Shown here: positions 15,101 through 30,100 of the stretch, one piece after another | Layout of the letters: each line of letters begins with the position of its first letter | How positions within the stretch are numbered: position 1 is the first letter of the stretch | Source of the DNA: Owenia fusiformis | Lineage: Eukaryota | Direction: 5' to 3' | DNA length: 64,000 nucleotides | Assembly: GCA_903813345.2 (NCBI GenBank) | Contig: CAIIXF020000001.1 | Location: 9,176,001-9,240,000, forward strand | Program-made: the position numbers and the translations under genes | Notes under the pieces: generated by a model | What the model was told of the DNA's origin: nothing | The model's input: the letters and a program-made list of their open reading frames with translations, nothing else | Database searches by the model: none

Positions 15101-18100
15101 AAGGTGCGAGGATTTCCTATATCCATTTGGCATTTCTACGATAATTGATTTTGACAGTGTTTAACAAGGGGTGCATAATATTCAGACTTAACTGGTTTTT
15201 GTGAAATGTACTGAAGTAAATGTTTAGTTTGACTTACGATCTACATTTAATTACTGTTACATTTTTTGTTTTGCCTTTTTTATTTAATGGATTTTCCATT
15301 TAGCAATGTCATATAAGTGATATCCAATATCTCATGGGATAACATTTTGGAAATAACATTTCTGGCATCTTTGCCTCTCTTTTATTATTTTGTATTCTGT
15401 TTCAAAATCACTCTGAATAATGTGCATCAATATTATACAACAACAACACGATTTATCGTGAATTGTCAATTTTTTTCAACATTGCCCTTTGTGCTGTCTC
15501 ATAAAATATTTAAACTCAAGATATAATAATAATAAAAACTTACCTTTAAGTAATAAACTAATAATTCATTTAAGGATGGATCCGCATTCAGATTGACGAG
15601 GAAATATTTTCCATGTTCTACTTTGATCCCCGACTTCTGCACAGAGACCCCCATCTTCTCCAGAGTGGCATGGCGCTCCTGAAATCACCCAATATGACAC
15701 TGATTGAAGATTTTAAAATAAAGTAGCTTCATCTTAAACAAAATTATTTGTTATCTATCCAGCGCAGAATGTTAGTAGAATCATGTCTCAGAGATTGATA
15801 CTTTTGATAACAGATCTGTTTCTTATTACTATTGACCATGACTCGAAAATTAACTTCTCTTGGTTCTTGCAGCAGCCATAATTCAATTTCACAGAGTTAA
15901 ACTTATAAAGTATTTTACTAAATATCATCTAATTTGAGATCATTTTTTCATAACTTTTAAGAGTTAAGAATGAATACTTTTATCACGAAACCTGAGATAT
16001 TTTACTTGATAATAGAAATATTCGATGATATTGACTATATGAAGTTTTCTTCCATGTTTTCCCAAGTTAAGATACGTAATCCCATGAACATCTACTAAAT
16101 CCTTTATTTAATTGTTTCCAGTAGCATGATATTACCAGCACAATGTAATTCCACAATTCCCAAGTTTCTAGATTCAATAACAACAAGGCTCATAACTTTC
16201 TGCATCAATATTTTTAATCTATAACATCCACTCTAATTTATCTAGAGTATACTATAGGTATACTAACAGAAGAGGTTCTGCTATGTAACTGCCTAAAGGT
16301 AGATAATCGACAAAAGATCACCATTCACGGACTTGCAAATCTTAACAGAAAGCCTGATATCACACAAAACAGGGTTATGCTTATTTTTGATAGCTGGCAA
16401 TATATGACTCAATAAAAGAAATGATTTATGTTTTTAATCAAAATCAATTTGAATTTTTATCAGCAGTAAAGCCACTATCCAGATAGCCATTAATTAAGAA
16501 TTTTCAAAGATATTCTAAAATGATCTTAACAGTGAAGTAAATGATAGCAACTTAAATATTTCCCTTAAGTGAACCATCCAACTGACTCATCAAATATTCA
16601 TGTTCTCTTATTGGAATTGTATTAATTACAAGCGTAAATCTATAGGAAATGCCTGTTCAAAGGTAACAAGTTATAGAACATAGACACAAGGTCTGAGTAT
16701 TACCGGACTATATTCAAAAACATTAGTGCCTGGTTTCCCGTACATTCTAAAATATTATATATTCCCAATATCAACATTAGCATTGGTGTTATTGTTGAAA
16801 AACAACAGTGTTGATGATAAATTCTCCTTTGTATGATATTTTTCAGGTCGGAAAAATCAAGGATGGTATGCCTTAAATACCATGCCGCAATGTAAACGTG
16901 TTTATAAAATCCTGAAGGTATTATTCTATATATAATCAATCAGGTAATCAATTGTTGCTTTGAAATGTATATTTCTCAAAAATTCTTGAAGATATACACA
17001 AAGCTGAACAGTTATACCAAATTTTATATCATATGAATTCTTTCAAAATAGAGAGAGTAAAATTTAGATGTGATCATTACAAAATATATTCCTATTAGAC
17101 TATGTTTTCTTTATAATACAACATATCTGAAAAATTGAGATATCCAATCAGATATAGAATTTTAGGAATAATATTACAACCAATTCTGAAAAAAGGAAAT
17201 GCTGGACTCAAAAAGTGCATCAATCTTTAGACACACCCATCAAAAAAAGTTACAAAGGGTTCACAAAATCTTAATGTAAAATAAAGACTGACCTGATAAC
17301 CAAGAACAACAAAAACATAAATTGTTATTCTAATCACTCAACATTGTCCAGACCCTGAATTCCAGGGTAATCTAATCATCTGCTTTTATTTAGGTAAAGT
17401 TCATGTTCAAGTTCAATAAAATTCAATTAAAAAGGATTAGAAGAACCTTGTGGAAGACACAAAAGTACACATTTAAACAACTGAATGCAATACAGCAGCC
17501 AACTCAGCTACAGGCAAGTTACTTTTATTTGGGGGTATGGAAATGGGATACAAACAATTTTTATTGCACTTTCTCAAAGTAGTTGTAAATATATTAAGAT
17601 GATATCTGATTTATCATGTTCCCATTGATATTTATTTTCTGTTTAATTTATCTCTGACTAAATTTAGTTTTTATATATAGTATTATATTTAAATTATTTA
17701 GGTATAATATACTTCATTGAAGACATCAAGCGAGTCAGCTGTTTAAACCACAAAAAATAATTCAGGTTTGGGCAGAATGACAAAAATAAAAATAAAAAAA
17801 TTAGATATTGAAAATGTGTAACCTTTTCGATCTTACATTTTATCTTTCCACTCAATATAATAAACAAACAAAAAATTCCTGGTTATTGGAGAGAGGATCC
17901 TGAATATAGAACTTTATTTATTTTGAAGGAAGAACCTTTCACTGGGGCTATCAATTAGCAATCTATTAGATGGAATTAGACAGCACCAGATATAGCAATC
18001 TACCTGTTTGTTTATTGATGCATTGCTAGCAGTGAGCTTAAAGCACCCATCAGAGCCATTAATAAAAAAAACACCTATGTGCAACCAAGGTATTTAAGCT

Positions 18101-21100
18101 CATGTTTTGGTAACTCAAATTCTGGACTTTTTTAAATGAGATTATAACAACATCTCTGAATTGAAAACATGTTTCCTTCTTATTTCAAGTCATTAGCATG
18201 TTGTATATCGAAATAAATGACTAAATAATTACTGGTCAGCATAAGGATACGCTAACAGCTTTAGCAGAAACTTTCAAAATGGCATACATAAAGTGTTTAA
18301 ATTACTGAAAAAATGAAACTATATGTCTCAGATTTTGAAAAATAATATTTAGCACTTTTGACTGTATATGACACCAAGGTGATGGTAGGTATGATAAAAT
18401 AAGCATGTAGCTGAATTATGCCACAGAATTGAGTTCTCAGCTTCATCATCAAAAGGACTCTAAATATCACTACATTGTACACATGTGCATCTAACATGAA
18501 ATTGTTCAAGTCAATAAAAGAAGTTGTAAAGAACACACCTCAATTCTCAACAAGTAAGGAGTTACAGATGAAATAAAGTTAGTACAGTTACAGATTTTTT
18601 CAACGTATGCCAACCTTTCACTTTTGATTAATGTGAAAGAAGTTTTACTGCCAAAGCGCAAGAAATCAACGTGATATGGCTTCTAATGAGGCTGTAGCCT
18701 AACTTATGCGATTACATGGGTGATTTGACTTACCAGGAATGTACAATATAACATTTGCATATTATATTTGTCATGTAAATCTTGTATGAAATATTTCAAT
18801 ATTTTATTTTTAAGTACATTGTAGTTGGTGATGTTGTTAGTGAGTGGTTAACTAAAACTCATTGCTTTAACAAAACAAATTAATATTGGCACCTAATATG
18901 ACAGCAACAGCAGGATTAGATCTGATGTGTTTGATGCTAATTGGGCGTGTAATTATCCTAGGATATATGCCCCAGGTTACCATGCTGTTTGTACTGACTT
19001 GATAGACCAGGATATATATCTCCCAGTTAGTGTCGTGAAAATACATAAGTTCCGCAGAAACTAGTATCTAACATCCTCATTAAATGAACTGAATGCTGCA
19101 TGTTTTCTAAATTGAGAGTAGCAAGGTTCTCCTACCATTCACATTCATTTCCTTAGCTTTTTAAAAGATAGTTTCGTCTCACTCTCAGTTTAAGGGAAAC
19201 CTTTGAACTCATGAGCCAATCGAGCTTGTCATCACCAGATGGATGATTTTCTATATATGGTCATTTTCTCTAAAGTATTGTTTACACAGTATTGACCAAC
19301 ATTTAAGTTTTATTATGCACCTTTCATTCTGCTTGCTGATTGGTTAAGAACATTTCAGCATGATTTTTGAACTTATTTATGACCCGAGCCGTGACAACCA
19401 CCAGGAGAGGGAGTGGGGCTGCTAAATTGTAAAATGGTCTTTACTATTCAGAGTTACTTTAGATAGCTTCTGCACTCACTTCTGCACTCAGGGTAACGAG
19501 GTATTTGCTTTTTCAAATTACGTTAGCCTGAAGATTTCAGTTTCTTTGAATTCAACACTGTTGTTGGTATGCTTAACATACAGTTGAGATATTGACAATC
19601 CCTTAATCAAGACCAGGAATTAATCAAGCTAAATAAATAAAATCTTTTTATAACCAGAATAAAAAAATAACAGAATGATGCATTATTAGAAAGAGATATC
19701 ATTTCCTTAATTCTGCTCTGCAATACATCTAGAGATTCCCACAATTAATAATATTCTTTGAGAATTTCTTCAAAGTTATTTCTCTCCTATTAGAGATCTC
19801 ACACTTAACAATATGTTTTATTAATCGACAAGAGATGCTTCAGCGTGAGTGGTTATAATTAAAGGTAGCTTTAGATCCCCACGTCTTCAGAAATAGTTGA
19901 AACAGTATGGATTCAGCTTGATTAGTTATTGGTTTTATAAGCTAATCTAAAGGATAAATTCTGAATGTGGAACTTCTTATTAGACAAGGCATTAACATGA
20001 CAAAATGTCACCACCTAGTTGCTCACAATATTATGAGTTCAAACTTAAGTCAGATTTGAATTTCTGAGAACTTGTAAAGTCAAATTTGAACTTCTGAAAA
20101 GATGTAGATGATTTTGAAGAAAAATTTGGTCAATTTGAAGCAAGTTGAAAACAGACCTTTTTGACCTTTTTTGACCTTGAGAAGGTCATTAAAGGTCAAA
20201 TGTCAAATCTAAAGTCAGATTTGAATTTCTGAGAACATGTAGATGATTTTGAAAAAAAAAATTAGTCAATTTGAAGCAAGTTGAAAACAGACCTTTTTGA
20301 CCTTTTTTGACCTTGAGAAGGTCATTGAAGGTCAAATGTCAAATCTAAAGTCAAATCTAAAGTCATATTTGAATTTTTGAGAACATGTAGATGATTTTGA
20401 AAAAAAATTTAGTCAATTTGAAGTAAGATGAAAAAATACCTTTTTGACCTTTTTTGACATTGAGAAGGTCATTGAAGGTCAAATGTCAAATCTAAAGTCA
20501 GATTTGAATTTCTGAGAACATGTAGATGATTTTGAAAAAAAAATTTAGTCAATATGAAGCAAGTTGAAAAAAGATCTTTTTGACCTTTTTTGACTTTGAG
20601 AAGGTCATTAAAGGTCAAATGTCAAATCTTAAGTCAAATCTAAAGTCAGATTTGAATTTCTGAGAACACGTAGATGATTTTGAAAAATTTTTTTAGTCAA
20701 TTTGAAGCAAGTTGAAAACAGACCTTTTTTACCTTTTTTGACCTTGAGAAGGTCATTTAAGGTCAAATGTCAAATCTAAAGTCAGATTTGAATTTCTGAG
20801 AACATGTAGATGATTTTGAAAAAAAAAATTAGTCAATTTGAAGCAAGTTGAAAAAAGACCTTTTTGACCTTTTTTGACCTTGAGAAGGTCATTGAAGGTC
20901 AAATGTCAAATCTAAAGTCAAATCTAAAGTCATATTTGAATTTTTGAGAACATGTAGATGATTTTGAAAAAAAATTTAGTCAATTTGAAGCAAGATAAAA
21001 AAATACCTTTTTGACCTTTTTTGACATTGAGAAGGTCATTGAAGGTCAAATGTCAAATCTTAAGTCAGATTTAAATTTCTGAGAACATGCAGATGATTTT

Positions 21101-24100
21101 GAAAAAAAAATTTTGTCAATTTGAAGCAAGTTGAAAAAAGACCTTTTTGACCTTTTTTGACTTTGAGAAGGTCATTGAAGGTCAAATGTCAAATCTTAAG
21201 TCAAATCTAAAGTCAGATTTGAATTTCTGAGAACACGTAGATGATTTTGAAAATTTTTTTTAGTCAATTTGAAGCAAGTTGAAAACAGACCTTTTTGACC
21301 TTTTTTGACCTTGAGAAGGTCATTGAAGGTCAAATGTCAAATCTTAAGTCAAATCTTAAGTCAGATTTGAATTTCTGAGAACACGTAGATGATTTTGAAA
21401 AAAAAATTTAGTCAATTTGAAGCAAGTTGAAAACAGACCTTTTTGACCTTTTTTGACCTTGAGAAGGTCATTGAAGGTCAAATGTCAAATCTAAAGTCAG
21501 ATTTGAATTTCTGAGAACATGTAGATGATTTTGAAAAAAAAATTTAGTCAATTTGAAGCAAGTTGAAAAAAGACCTTTTTGACCTTTTTTGACTTTGAGA
21601 AGGTCATTGAAGGTCAAATGTCAAATCTTAAGTCAAATCTAAAGTCAGATTTGAATTTCTGAGAACACGTAGATGATTTTGAAAAAAAATTTTAGTCAAT
21701 TTGAAGCAAGTTTAAAACAGACCTTTTTGACCTTTTTTGACCTTGAGAAGGTCATCGAAGGTCAAATGTCAAATCTTAAGTCAGATTTGAATTTCTGAGA
21801 ACACGTAGATGATTTTGAAAAAAAAATTTTGTCAATTTGATGCAAGTTGAAAACAGACCTTTTTGACCTTTTTTGACCTTGAGAAGGTCATTGAAGGTCA
21901 AATGTCAAATCTAAAGTCAGATTTGAAGGTCAAATGTCAAATCTAAAGTCAGATTTGAATTTCTGAGAACATGTAGATGATTTTGAAAAAAAATTTAGTC
22001 AATGTGAAGCAAGTTGAAAAAAGACCTTTTTGACCTTGAGAAGGTCATTGAAGGTCAAATGTCAAATCTAAAGTCAGATTTGAACTTCTGAGAACATGTA
22101 GATGATTTAGAAAAAAATTGAAGTCAGTCTAAACAGTATTTGTTAAGTTATAGGAAGTTGTAAGAAATTGTTACAGACGCCAACCGCCCGGACGCCAAAC
22201 GCCGGACGCCAACCGCCGGACGCCAACCACCAACCGCCGGACGCCAACCGCCGTCGCAAAAAAAAACGGAGACCATAACAATATGTCACCACTTTTGGTG
22301 GTGACATAAAAAATAGAATTACATTCACAAACAGTAAGATTACCCGGTGTTATATTGAAAAATGAAACAGGAAGAATGAACTAGGAATTATCATAATTTA
22401 CTTATTTTAGAGCATACTGCAATTGTACCATTTTTGGAGTTTAATTAGATTGCAAATGAGAAAACATACAACAGATTTTTAGAAGTTGAAATGTTCAGCC
22501 TCTTATAATATTTATCATTATTCATTCAGATAAACGCCTTTATAATATCAGTAACGCTAAAATATGTTAAGATTCACCTACAATCTGCTGCATACATGCA
22601 TGTTGAATATCTAAAATAGTTTTAATGGGGTATAACAGCTTTATCTACAGACAGAGTAGTAATAGTAAATTCCATTTTATATGAAAATGTGGAAGTAAAA
22701 ATCATTCTCTACCTGATGAATCTGTTCAGTTTCTTTTAGTTTCTGCTCCCAAGTTTTACTGAGATCTGCTATAAGTTTCTCCGACTCTTGAAGCTTTTCT
22801 TGTAGGTTTTCTCCATCTCCCTCAACCTGTGCTGCACTACTAGGACTCTCTACGATTTTGTTCTTCTGTAATTCACATCAGCGCAGGTAAATACAGGTGA
22901 ATTGAACCAAAAATCTCTTTTTAATAGAGGTATTAACAGTTCATGGATTTGCAGATTTTTTCACGGGGGGCATATCAAAATAAAATACAATCTGTGGAAG
23001 AGTTGTTGACTTTGTTTGTATCAAGATCTGGGTTAAATAATTCTCATTGCAGGATATAAAACAACATGCGACATTGTGTCAAAGCAACTTTATAGAACAA
23101 ATAAAACTGTAGCATCGTAAGTAAATAAGAACATATTATATAGAAATGAATTCATGAAAAAACAATTGATAATGTTAGTCACAAAATAACAACAGAATAA
23201 ACGGCATTGTACTTTCTTTCCTAGATTATTATGTAACAGCTACTTAAAATTTAAATTAAAACATCCTCTACCATCAAAGGATATAGTTAACCTGTAGTAC
23301 ATGCAATTAATTGAACTATTAACTATTGATGAAATTACAAAAAATATTGTGCAATGATGAAAAGTAAAAACAGCAAACTAAATATTTTTTGTGTTAAAAA
23401 GCATCCAAACATTCATATTTGAAACTAGACTCGTAATAATGGTCATTCCAAAAACTAGATAAAAAATTTGAACAAAAAGCGAACAAAATACAAAAGCAAG
23501 AAACAAAACAAGAAACAACAGAGGTGCATACAGAAATATACAGGTCTTCAGTTGGCCCAAACTTCACACAGCAAATATAATTCCATGTGTTCTCTTGGGG
23601 CTAGTGCCTTAAGCTAGATGTGGGTGCAGTAAAAAATGAACAAGAAAACATGTAAACAAAATGAAAGACAAAGTGGGGATTTTTGGAAAATATCATTTCT
23701 ACAGCAGAATTTTGAAACTAAAAACAGGATAACTGAATCTTAAAGTGAGATGTGTATTACTGATTTGCTACCAAAGCTGTGCATAATAAACGTGCATGGT
23801 AATATTTCGATATAATCTCTGAACTTAATACAATAGTAATGATATCAATGAAAAAAGGAAAATGACATCCTGGATAAAACTATAGAAAATAATGCAATAG
23901 AATCAGTCAGTTTTCATATAGTCAACTAATCCAAGGGAAATAATTAAGACTTCATGCAGGGATTGAGAATCTAAAATTTAATAATTCTATGTGGGAATGT
24001 AGGCAAAACGATAATCACAAAGCAAAATTAACAAGAATACGCTCTCTCAATTTTAAGTTAATTTTACATTGCTCAGTCGTGTATAGATGAAAAGAAGCAA

Positions 24101-27100
24101 AATGGGACAACATGTAACGTCAACTACCTGTGATCCATCTGACGATTGATTTGCTTTTTTAACCTTAAGTGGGGATAAATAAAAATACAAACACACTTAA
24201 CATATAAAGTACAAATATGCAATACTGAATACTGAACAGGAAACATAATTTCTGAAATTATACAAAAGCTATGATATCTGAAAGCTTGAACTGGAATTGT
24301 TATTTAAAATACAGCCATGCAATGGCATAGTGAGGAAAAACAATTGAGCAGGTCAATGTTTTAAACATGCACAATATGTATAGCATAATGGGATACACCG
24401 AAAAATCATAAATCTGGATTTTGATAAAGAATAAATATTTAATGAATTTGAAATAAAAATGATTATTATCATACTTTTTAACAGTCAAATGCAGACATAA
24501 TCCAAAGCAATAAGCATCAAGATGCTACATACACTTTCTCCATTACTGCTAATACAATCACAAACTTTAAGCCAGTACATTTGAAGCAATTTGAAAATTG
24601 ACATGAGAACCATCTATATATGATGTAAATCATATTATGAGAACTTTTTGTTAAATAAATGAGGTCGGGTTACATTCCATTGATTTCCCTTTAAATCATT
24701 TAAACATTTCTTTGAAACCTGATGGAACAAGAGTTCCTTAGTGATAAAAGCAGATATAGTATGTCATTCTCAAATTCATTTCTAACCGGAGTTTGAAGAG
24801 AAATTATTCCATTCACACAAGATTCCCAAGTTGATGATCAAATTTGTTATATCTCACCTGAGCCTCATCTAATTGTTTCCTCAATTCATCAACCTCCTCG
24901 CGTAACTCTCGTATGATCCTCGCATTCGGGTCCTCATTAACAACTGCGTGGTTCTCGATACGTTTGGCACGATCTGCGTAGCGTAGCGTTGATAAAGATT
25001 CCTCATAATTATCTGAAGCCGGTGAGACAGTTGCTACCATAACAGTCTTACTATTTCCACCGAGGTTATCCTAAATAATAATTTTAAAAAATTGACATTT
25101 TTGTGTGGTTCAACTAATCCAAAAATGTCAACTTCTGTCCCATTGATTTTTTCCACTGTCACCTACAAAGGAAAGCTCCCACCCTAAACTGTCTCTTTTG
25201 AACAGAAAATTCTACTCGATGTCAGATTCTATACAAGATTCGCGAATCATCCTGTTTTTCCCTGCCATTTATTCACTTTATTTAGCATATGAATAAGTCA
25301 ATAAAATCAAGGTGTATTTTATTTATCTGATTTGTACGTTAAAAAGATTATTCAATGTCAAATTCTTCTCTAGGAGTTACTTTTCATATCTTTCATTTGC
25401 TTGTGCCGAAGGTTCTCGCAGGTCGCAACATTGATTTGTTTCTACAATAATCCATGACTATAACCATGAAGATTCTTCAAACACAATTTGTATTCATAAC
25501 ATCTGATTTACTAGATACTAATTAAGATAAAAAGTTATATCTCTAAATTATAACACAGAAGTTGATGTTATCATAATATCTCTCTCAAATGAACTTTATT
25601 CACCCGCATATGTGCTCGCAATTAACTTAACCAATACAAAAATAATTAACCACTAAAAGGTTAAAAAATATAGTTTAGTTGAATGTACATTTCCTGCATG
25701 GCTATTTCCTGATTTCAAGGACACCAACCTTGTTTCTGAAGTAAATGTCACAATCATTATGATAAATAATGTCAACCTTGATATAGATGTCATATTTGAA
25801 TATTTCTGATGTCAACTCTGTGAATGCTGATATCAATATAATCAATGTGCATGTCTCTGCTGATTAATAAGGCAAAATTAGTATTTCCTGCATTTAGAGT
25901 CAATTATATTTATATATAAGAAAAAATGAATGGGTTAATTCAAAATGAATTTTGAACAATGTCATCAAAGAGTATGATCCTTGCGTCACGTCACATCACG
26001 TCACGATATATATATACAATCGCGTTGATGTAAATCCAGTTTCATGTCACGCTAGATCCAGGTCTATTATTTTCTCCCGATACTGTACTGTTACTGATGA
26101 CAAATACATTCTGGTTAGGAATCCATTACGTAAAATTTCAGGCTGGTATAAAACGCAATTCAAATAACACATGTATATGTCTTCAAATTAAATCTGTCAA
26201 AATCCTTGCAATTTTCTATCCTCGAGCAATGGTTTCAACCAACTGAGAGAACATCTAATTCAGTCAGGATATGCATGTTCAATAGCAGAACCACTGATAC
26301 AATTTATCTATGGGAAACTTCATTCAATTCCATTACAGTGAATTGGTTAGTTTTCCTATATACTTGACATCGACATTTATTTCAAGATATTTCACGAGCA
26401 ATTCTAGCATTGTTCCAATCAATAAAATTTAACTTCACTTATTTATACATTCCCAAATAGATTTCTATTAGTTCTGATCGCAGTGCAACCGTGAGATTGA
26501 AAGAACAGAAATTTATCGAACAAGATAAAACTTTAATCAACTTGCCATTTCCAAATATCAAAACATCATTCAACTACCAAAATTTCCCAATATTTTTCAA
26601 TTCTCTATATTTCATTGGGCACTGATTAGAAAATATGGCATGAATAAACTAGATTAATTGAGGTTTACACTAAGTTAAGCTGAAGGATTATCATTAATAT
26701 TTTGCACAATTGGTTTCTTTGCTTGATTTATTCCTTGGATGAAGCCGTCTGGATAAGATTATGTGATATATGACATATAAGACTCAAGGTTACATCAAAT
26801 ATCAAACTGTAGAATTGTTTCTTGTGAACAATTCTTGCGTGCATTGAGCAATTTCGTTATTTGACATGGAGAAATATTTGGCTCAATTTCAAGACAATAG
26901 TTGTCCTGGTATACTTTTATACACATCATTATTTGAGTCAATTAACATCATTCTAAAAAGGGCAAAATCCTTTGGTTTACAATATAATGAGTAAATTATC
27001 AAATGTTTTATGTTGATCATTACGTTGATTGATTTTGTATTTTTGACTTGTTCAGTTTCATTAGATTGGTTTTGACTTTCCCATTCAAAAAATGTCAACA

Positions 27101-30100
27101 AGAAGAAAAGATTCTCATAAAGTATCAATAACATCATTTATTCATATCTGTAGTGCTCCAAAATTATCAAGACTATCACCATGGGCATTCTTTCAAATAG
27201 GATGTCCTTATTATCACCAACATCTAACCAGATTTGTTAGTTTTGAATAAATGAGGAAAAACATGGGACATTTTTAAGCCATTTGGGGAATATATGAACT
27301 GCATTTAGTTCACTTAATCATTTTCACCAACCAGTTCTATAGAAATCTATATGTTCCCATATGTCTGGCAAAATATTTGTACATTACTGATCAGGATTAA
27401 CAAGATGTTTGCGCTGGCAGTATGGTGATTCCATCTATATAAATTGATGAAGGATGAATTGTTTGATTGGTGGAATGTATCTGATACAACAGTTACAAGT
27501 GAGAACACATTTATCATTCACTATTTAGTAGTGACATCTTTGTGTGTTTCTTGTGCAAGGTGTTGAAATATGTCAATGCTTGTTGTTCATGGGTTTAGCA
27601 ACTACTGGATCCAGCCTAGGGTTCAGATCTCAAGATTGTATTTCACAGAAACATTCTCAAATACATTTTCTTCACTTGCAGTACTTAGTTGCACTAATAT
27701 AGGCAGCAGCCCCCCCCCACACTCCAATTAAAATGCAGATGCTTTATTTTTTATTTTTCTTCTAATATAAAATTGTGTATAAACCATGTTTACAAATTGT
27801 AATTTCTACATTGTCACCTATAATGCCACTGGCGATTGGGTCCCTTATGTATGACATGTACTTTTAATGATTATTGGCAATAAAATCTCTTTATGAAAAA
27901 AAAGTTGCACTAATTGATTTTCTCATGAAAAACTGTTGATCAAGTTGCTAATAATGATTATAAAAGTTAAATCACATAAATGAGTGAACTTCAGCACTTT
28001 TACGGAAAAAAGGTGACATCAATACATATCTACCTTTATGAACCAAATGATAACAGAATCTTTCTAGGGCATAAATTTTACATACCTTTAAAAGCCACGT
28101 GAGAACTGAATCTCTGTATGGCACAAACTTATTCTTATTCTTCCCAGATGCACTGTCTGCAAGAGCTGAGATAACCAAGCCTAATGTTGTCAAAGATCTG
28201 GAAAAAAGTAAAAATGATAAGTGAATTTAAATCCCCTATATCAGTGTATTTTTAGAGTGGATTGTATTATAATGGATTAAAATCCCATTCGCACTCTCAA
28301 ATCATGATATCATATGGTACATTTAAGAGTTTGGTGCTATACGGCACTGTTCGAGTATGGTTCCATATGGTACATTTTTAGTTTACAGTACCATACAGTG
28401 CTATATTTTACGCTGCTGTACAGTACTGTGGTACTATTGGAGATAGCTGTATATGCTCTAGAAAAGCTCCAAAAGAATAATTTATTTCTAGAGGGCTAAA
28501 CAATCCGGTAAATGAAACAATGGAATATCCATGAAAAGAGAAGATAAATAAGAGAGACATTTAAGGCAGCCAAAAACACATTTTGAATACATGTATGAAT
28601 AAAGCTACATAAAATGGCATGCATCATTCAATTACAGACTGAATAGAGCCACATATAAATTTGCATGATGTAAAGATAAATTCTTGAATAATGATTAATG
28701 ATGTTGGTTGACTTTTATCTGTCAAATGAAAGTTAATATGCTGACAAGCTTACAAGGACAATATAAATATTTCTACCAATTACTACATATCGCTATCAGT
28801 TTTTTATTAACAGCTTTGTTGGTTGGATGCAATAATCATACATTATATTTTGAACTTATATTCTATGTACTTTATATCACTCAGTAATCATTCATTTCAT
28901 CGGGAACAATAAAATCAAATCTAGGTATTGGAGGCTCAATACCCTTTTAAGCCATGGGATTCCAATAGATTATTCTCTGAATAACCAGTTAATATAATCC
29001 TAGCATTATAGTTTGATCATTTTCCCCATACAACATAGTAAAGTGTCTCCATGACGATGTGCTACACCATAATAGCTGAATGATAACCCCCGCTTTGTTG
29101 TATTCTGATACTTGACAAGCTTAATGTTATTCACCTCGACAAGTTTATTGATGAATAAAAAGTACCATGTGACCTTGAAAAGAATTCTTTTTAAAGATTT
29201 CTTCTGGCAGGAATCTTTTATAACCAAAAGAAATACAAGAAATCAATGTCATCAATGGTTAGAAGACATTCTGAAGAAATTCCAAATAATCAGAGGCTTT
29301 TACTCTAAGTAGGCTCGAGTAAAATAAGTTCTGAATATCCGGCGTCAGTCAGTCAAGCCTACAATATAGAAGCTTAAGGTAAATAGCCAGATTAGTCAAT
29401 GCAATCATCTATATTAGAAGGACTTTGAGTAGTATGAGGTAATCTTAGCTTGTCAAAAAGCTTTGTAATGTGTTCATCATATAATCATCTAAAAGATATT
29501 GGATATCAATTTATTTATTGACTCATAAGAACGCTCGCCGTAGAATTTCTGCGCTCTCATACTTTTGCAGTCACATTTCCCACGGCGGCCGCACGGCAAA
29601 TTTTAAATTTCTGTTGATAAACAATACTTATTTTCATTTTATTCACATCAGGACAATTTATAAAATAAAAAAAGACCGCAATTTGGCGAGCGTAGTTTTT
29701 CTACGCTCGCCGCAGAAATTCACTGATTTAATTGATCTGCAGTCGACGCACGGACTCCGTGCGACAAATGTGACTGGGGTGTTAGGAACATTCTATGATA
29801 GAGTTATTGTAGTCATTTTCTGGTCAACTACTTACTTATTGATGTTACTGCCCTCTTTGAGCCTGTCCCCCATGGCCCCCGTCTTCTGAGCACGCTCGCT
29901 ACCAGCCAAGTCAACCAATGACAGCTTACTCACTTTCTCACCCGATACCTACAAATATTGGAACAATATTAGACACATTGATATATTATTCATAAAGGAT
30001 ATGGCTTTAGTATTACCTTTTCACGGATAAATAAATAAACAAATTGTGCACTAATCTAATATAAGCATCCATTTAATTAATTAACTATTCAAAATTGTAA

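Noticed and set aside
20040-22120. Regular repeat arrays as possible CRISPR (also 32350-33340 and 55930-56720)
   Set aside because: Units are contiguous tandem repeats with no unique spacers, there are no cas genes, and the context is a eukaryotic intron.
23440-23620. Acceptor-like sites with long U-rich tracts giving [21 protein letters not shown] or FLE* (poison or terminal exon after the neck coil)
   Set aside because: No convincing donor or poly(A) support; could be chance or regulatory U-rich sequence, and RNA data are needed.
26180-27500. Possible decayed LINE reverse-transcriptase fragment on the minus strand
   Set aside because: Only faint motif-like bits (KYLEI, MFFLIY) among many stops; cannot be supported without a profile search.
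29518-29889. 123-aa plus-strand ORF
   Set aside because: It spans a MITE remnant and the antisense of a kinesin exon, starts at TTG and has no protein-like features.
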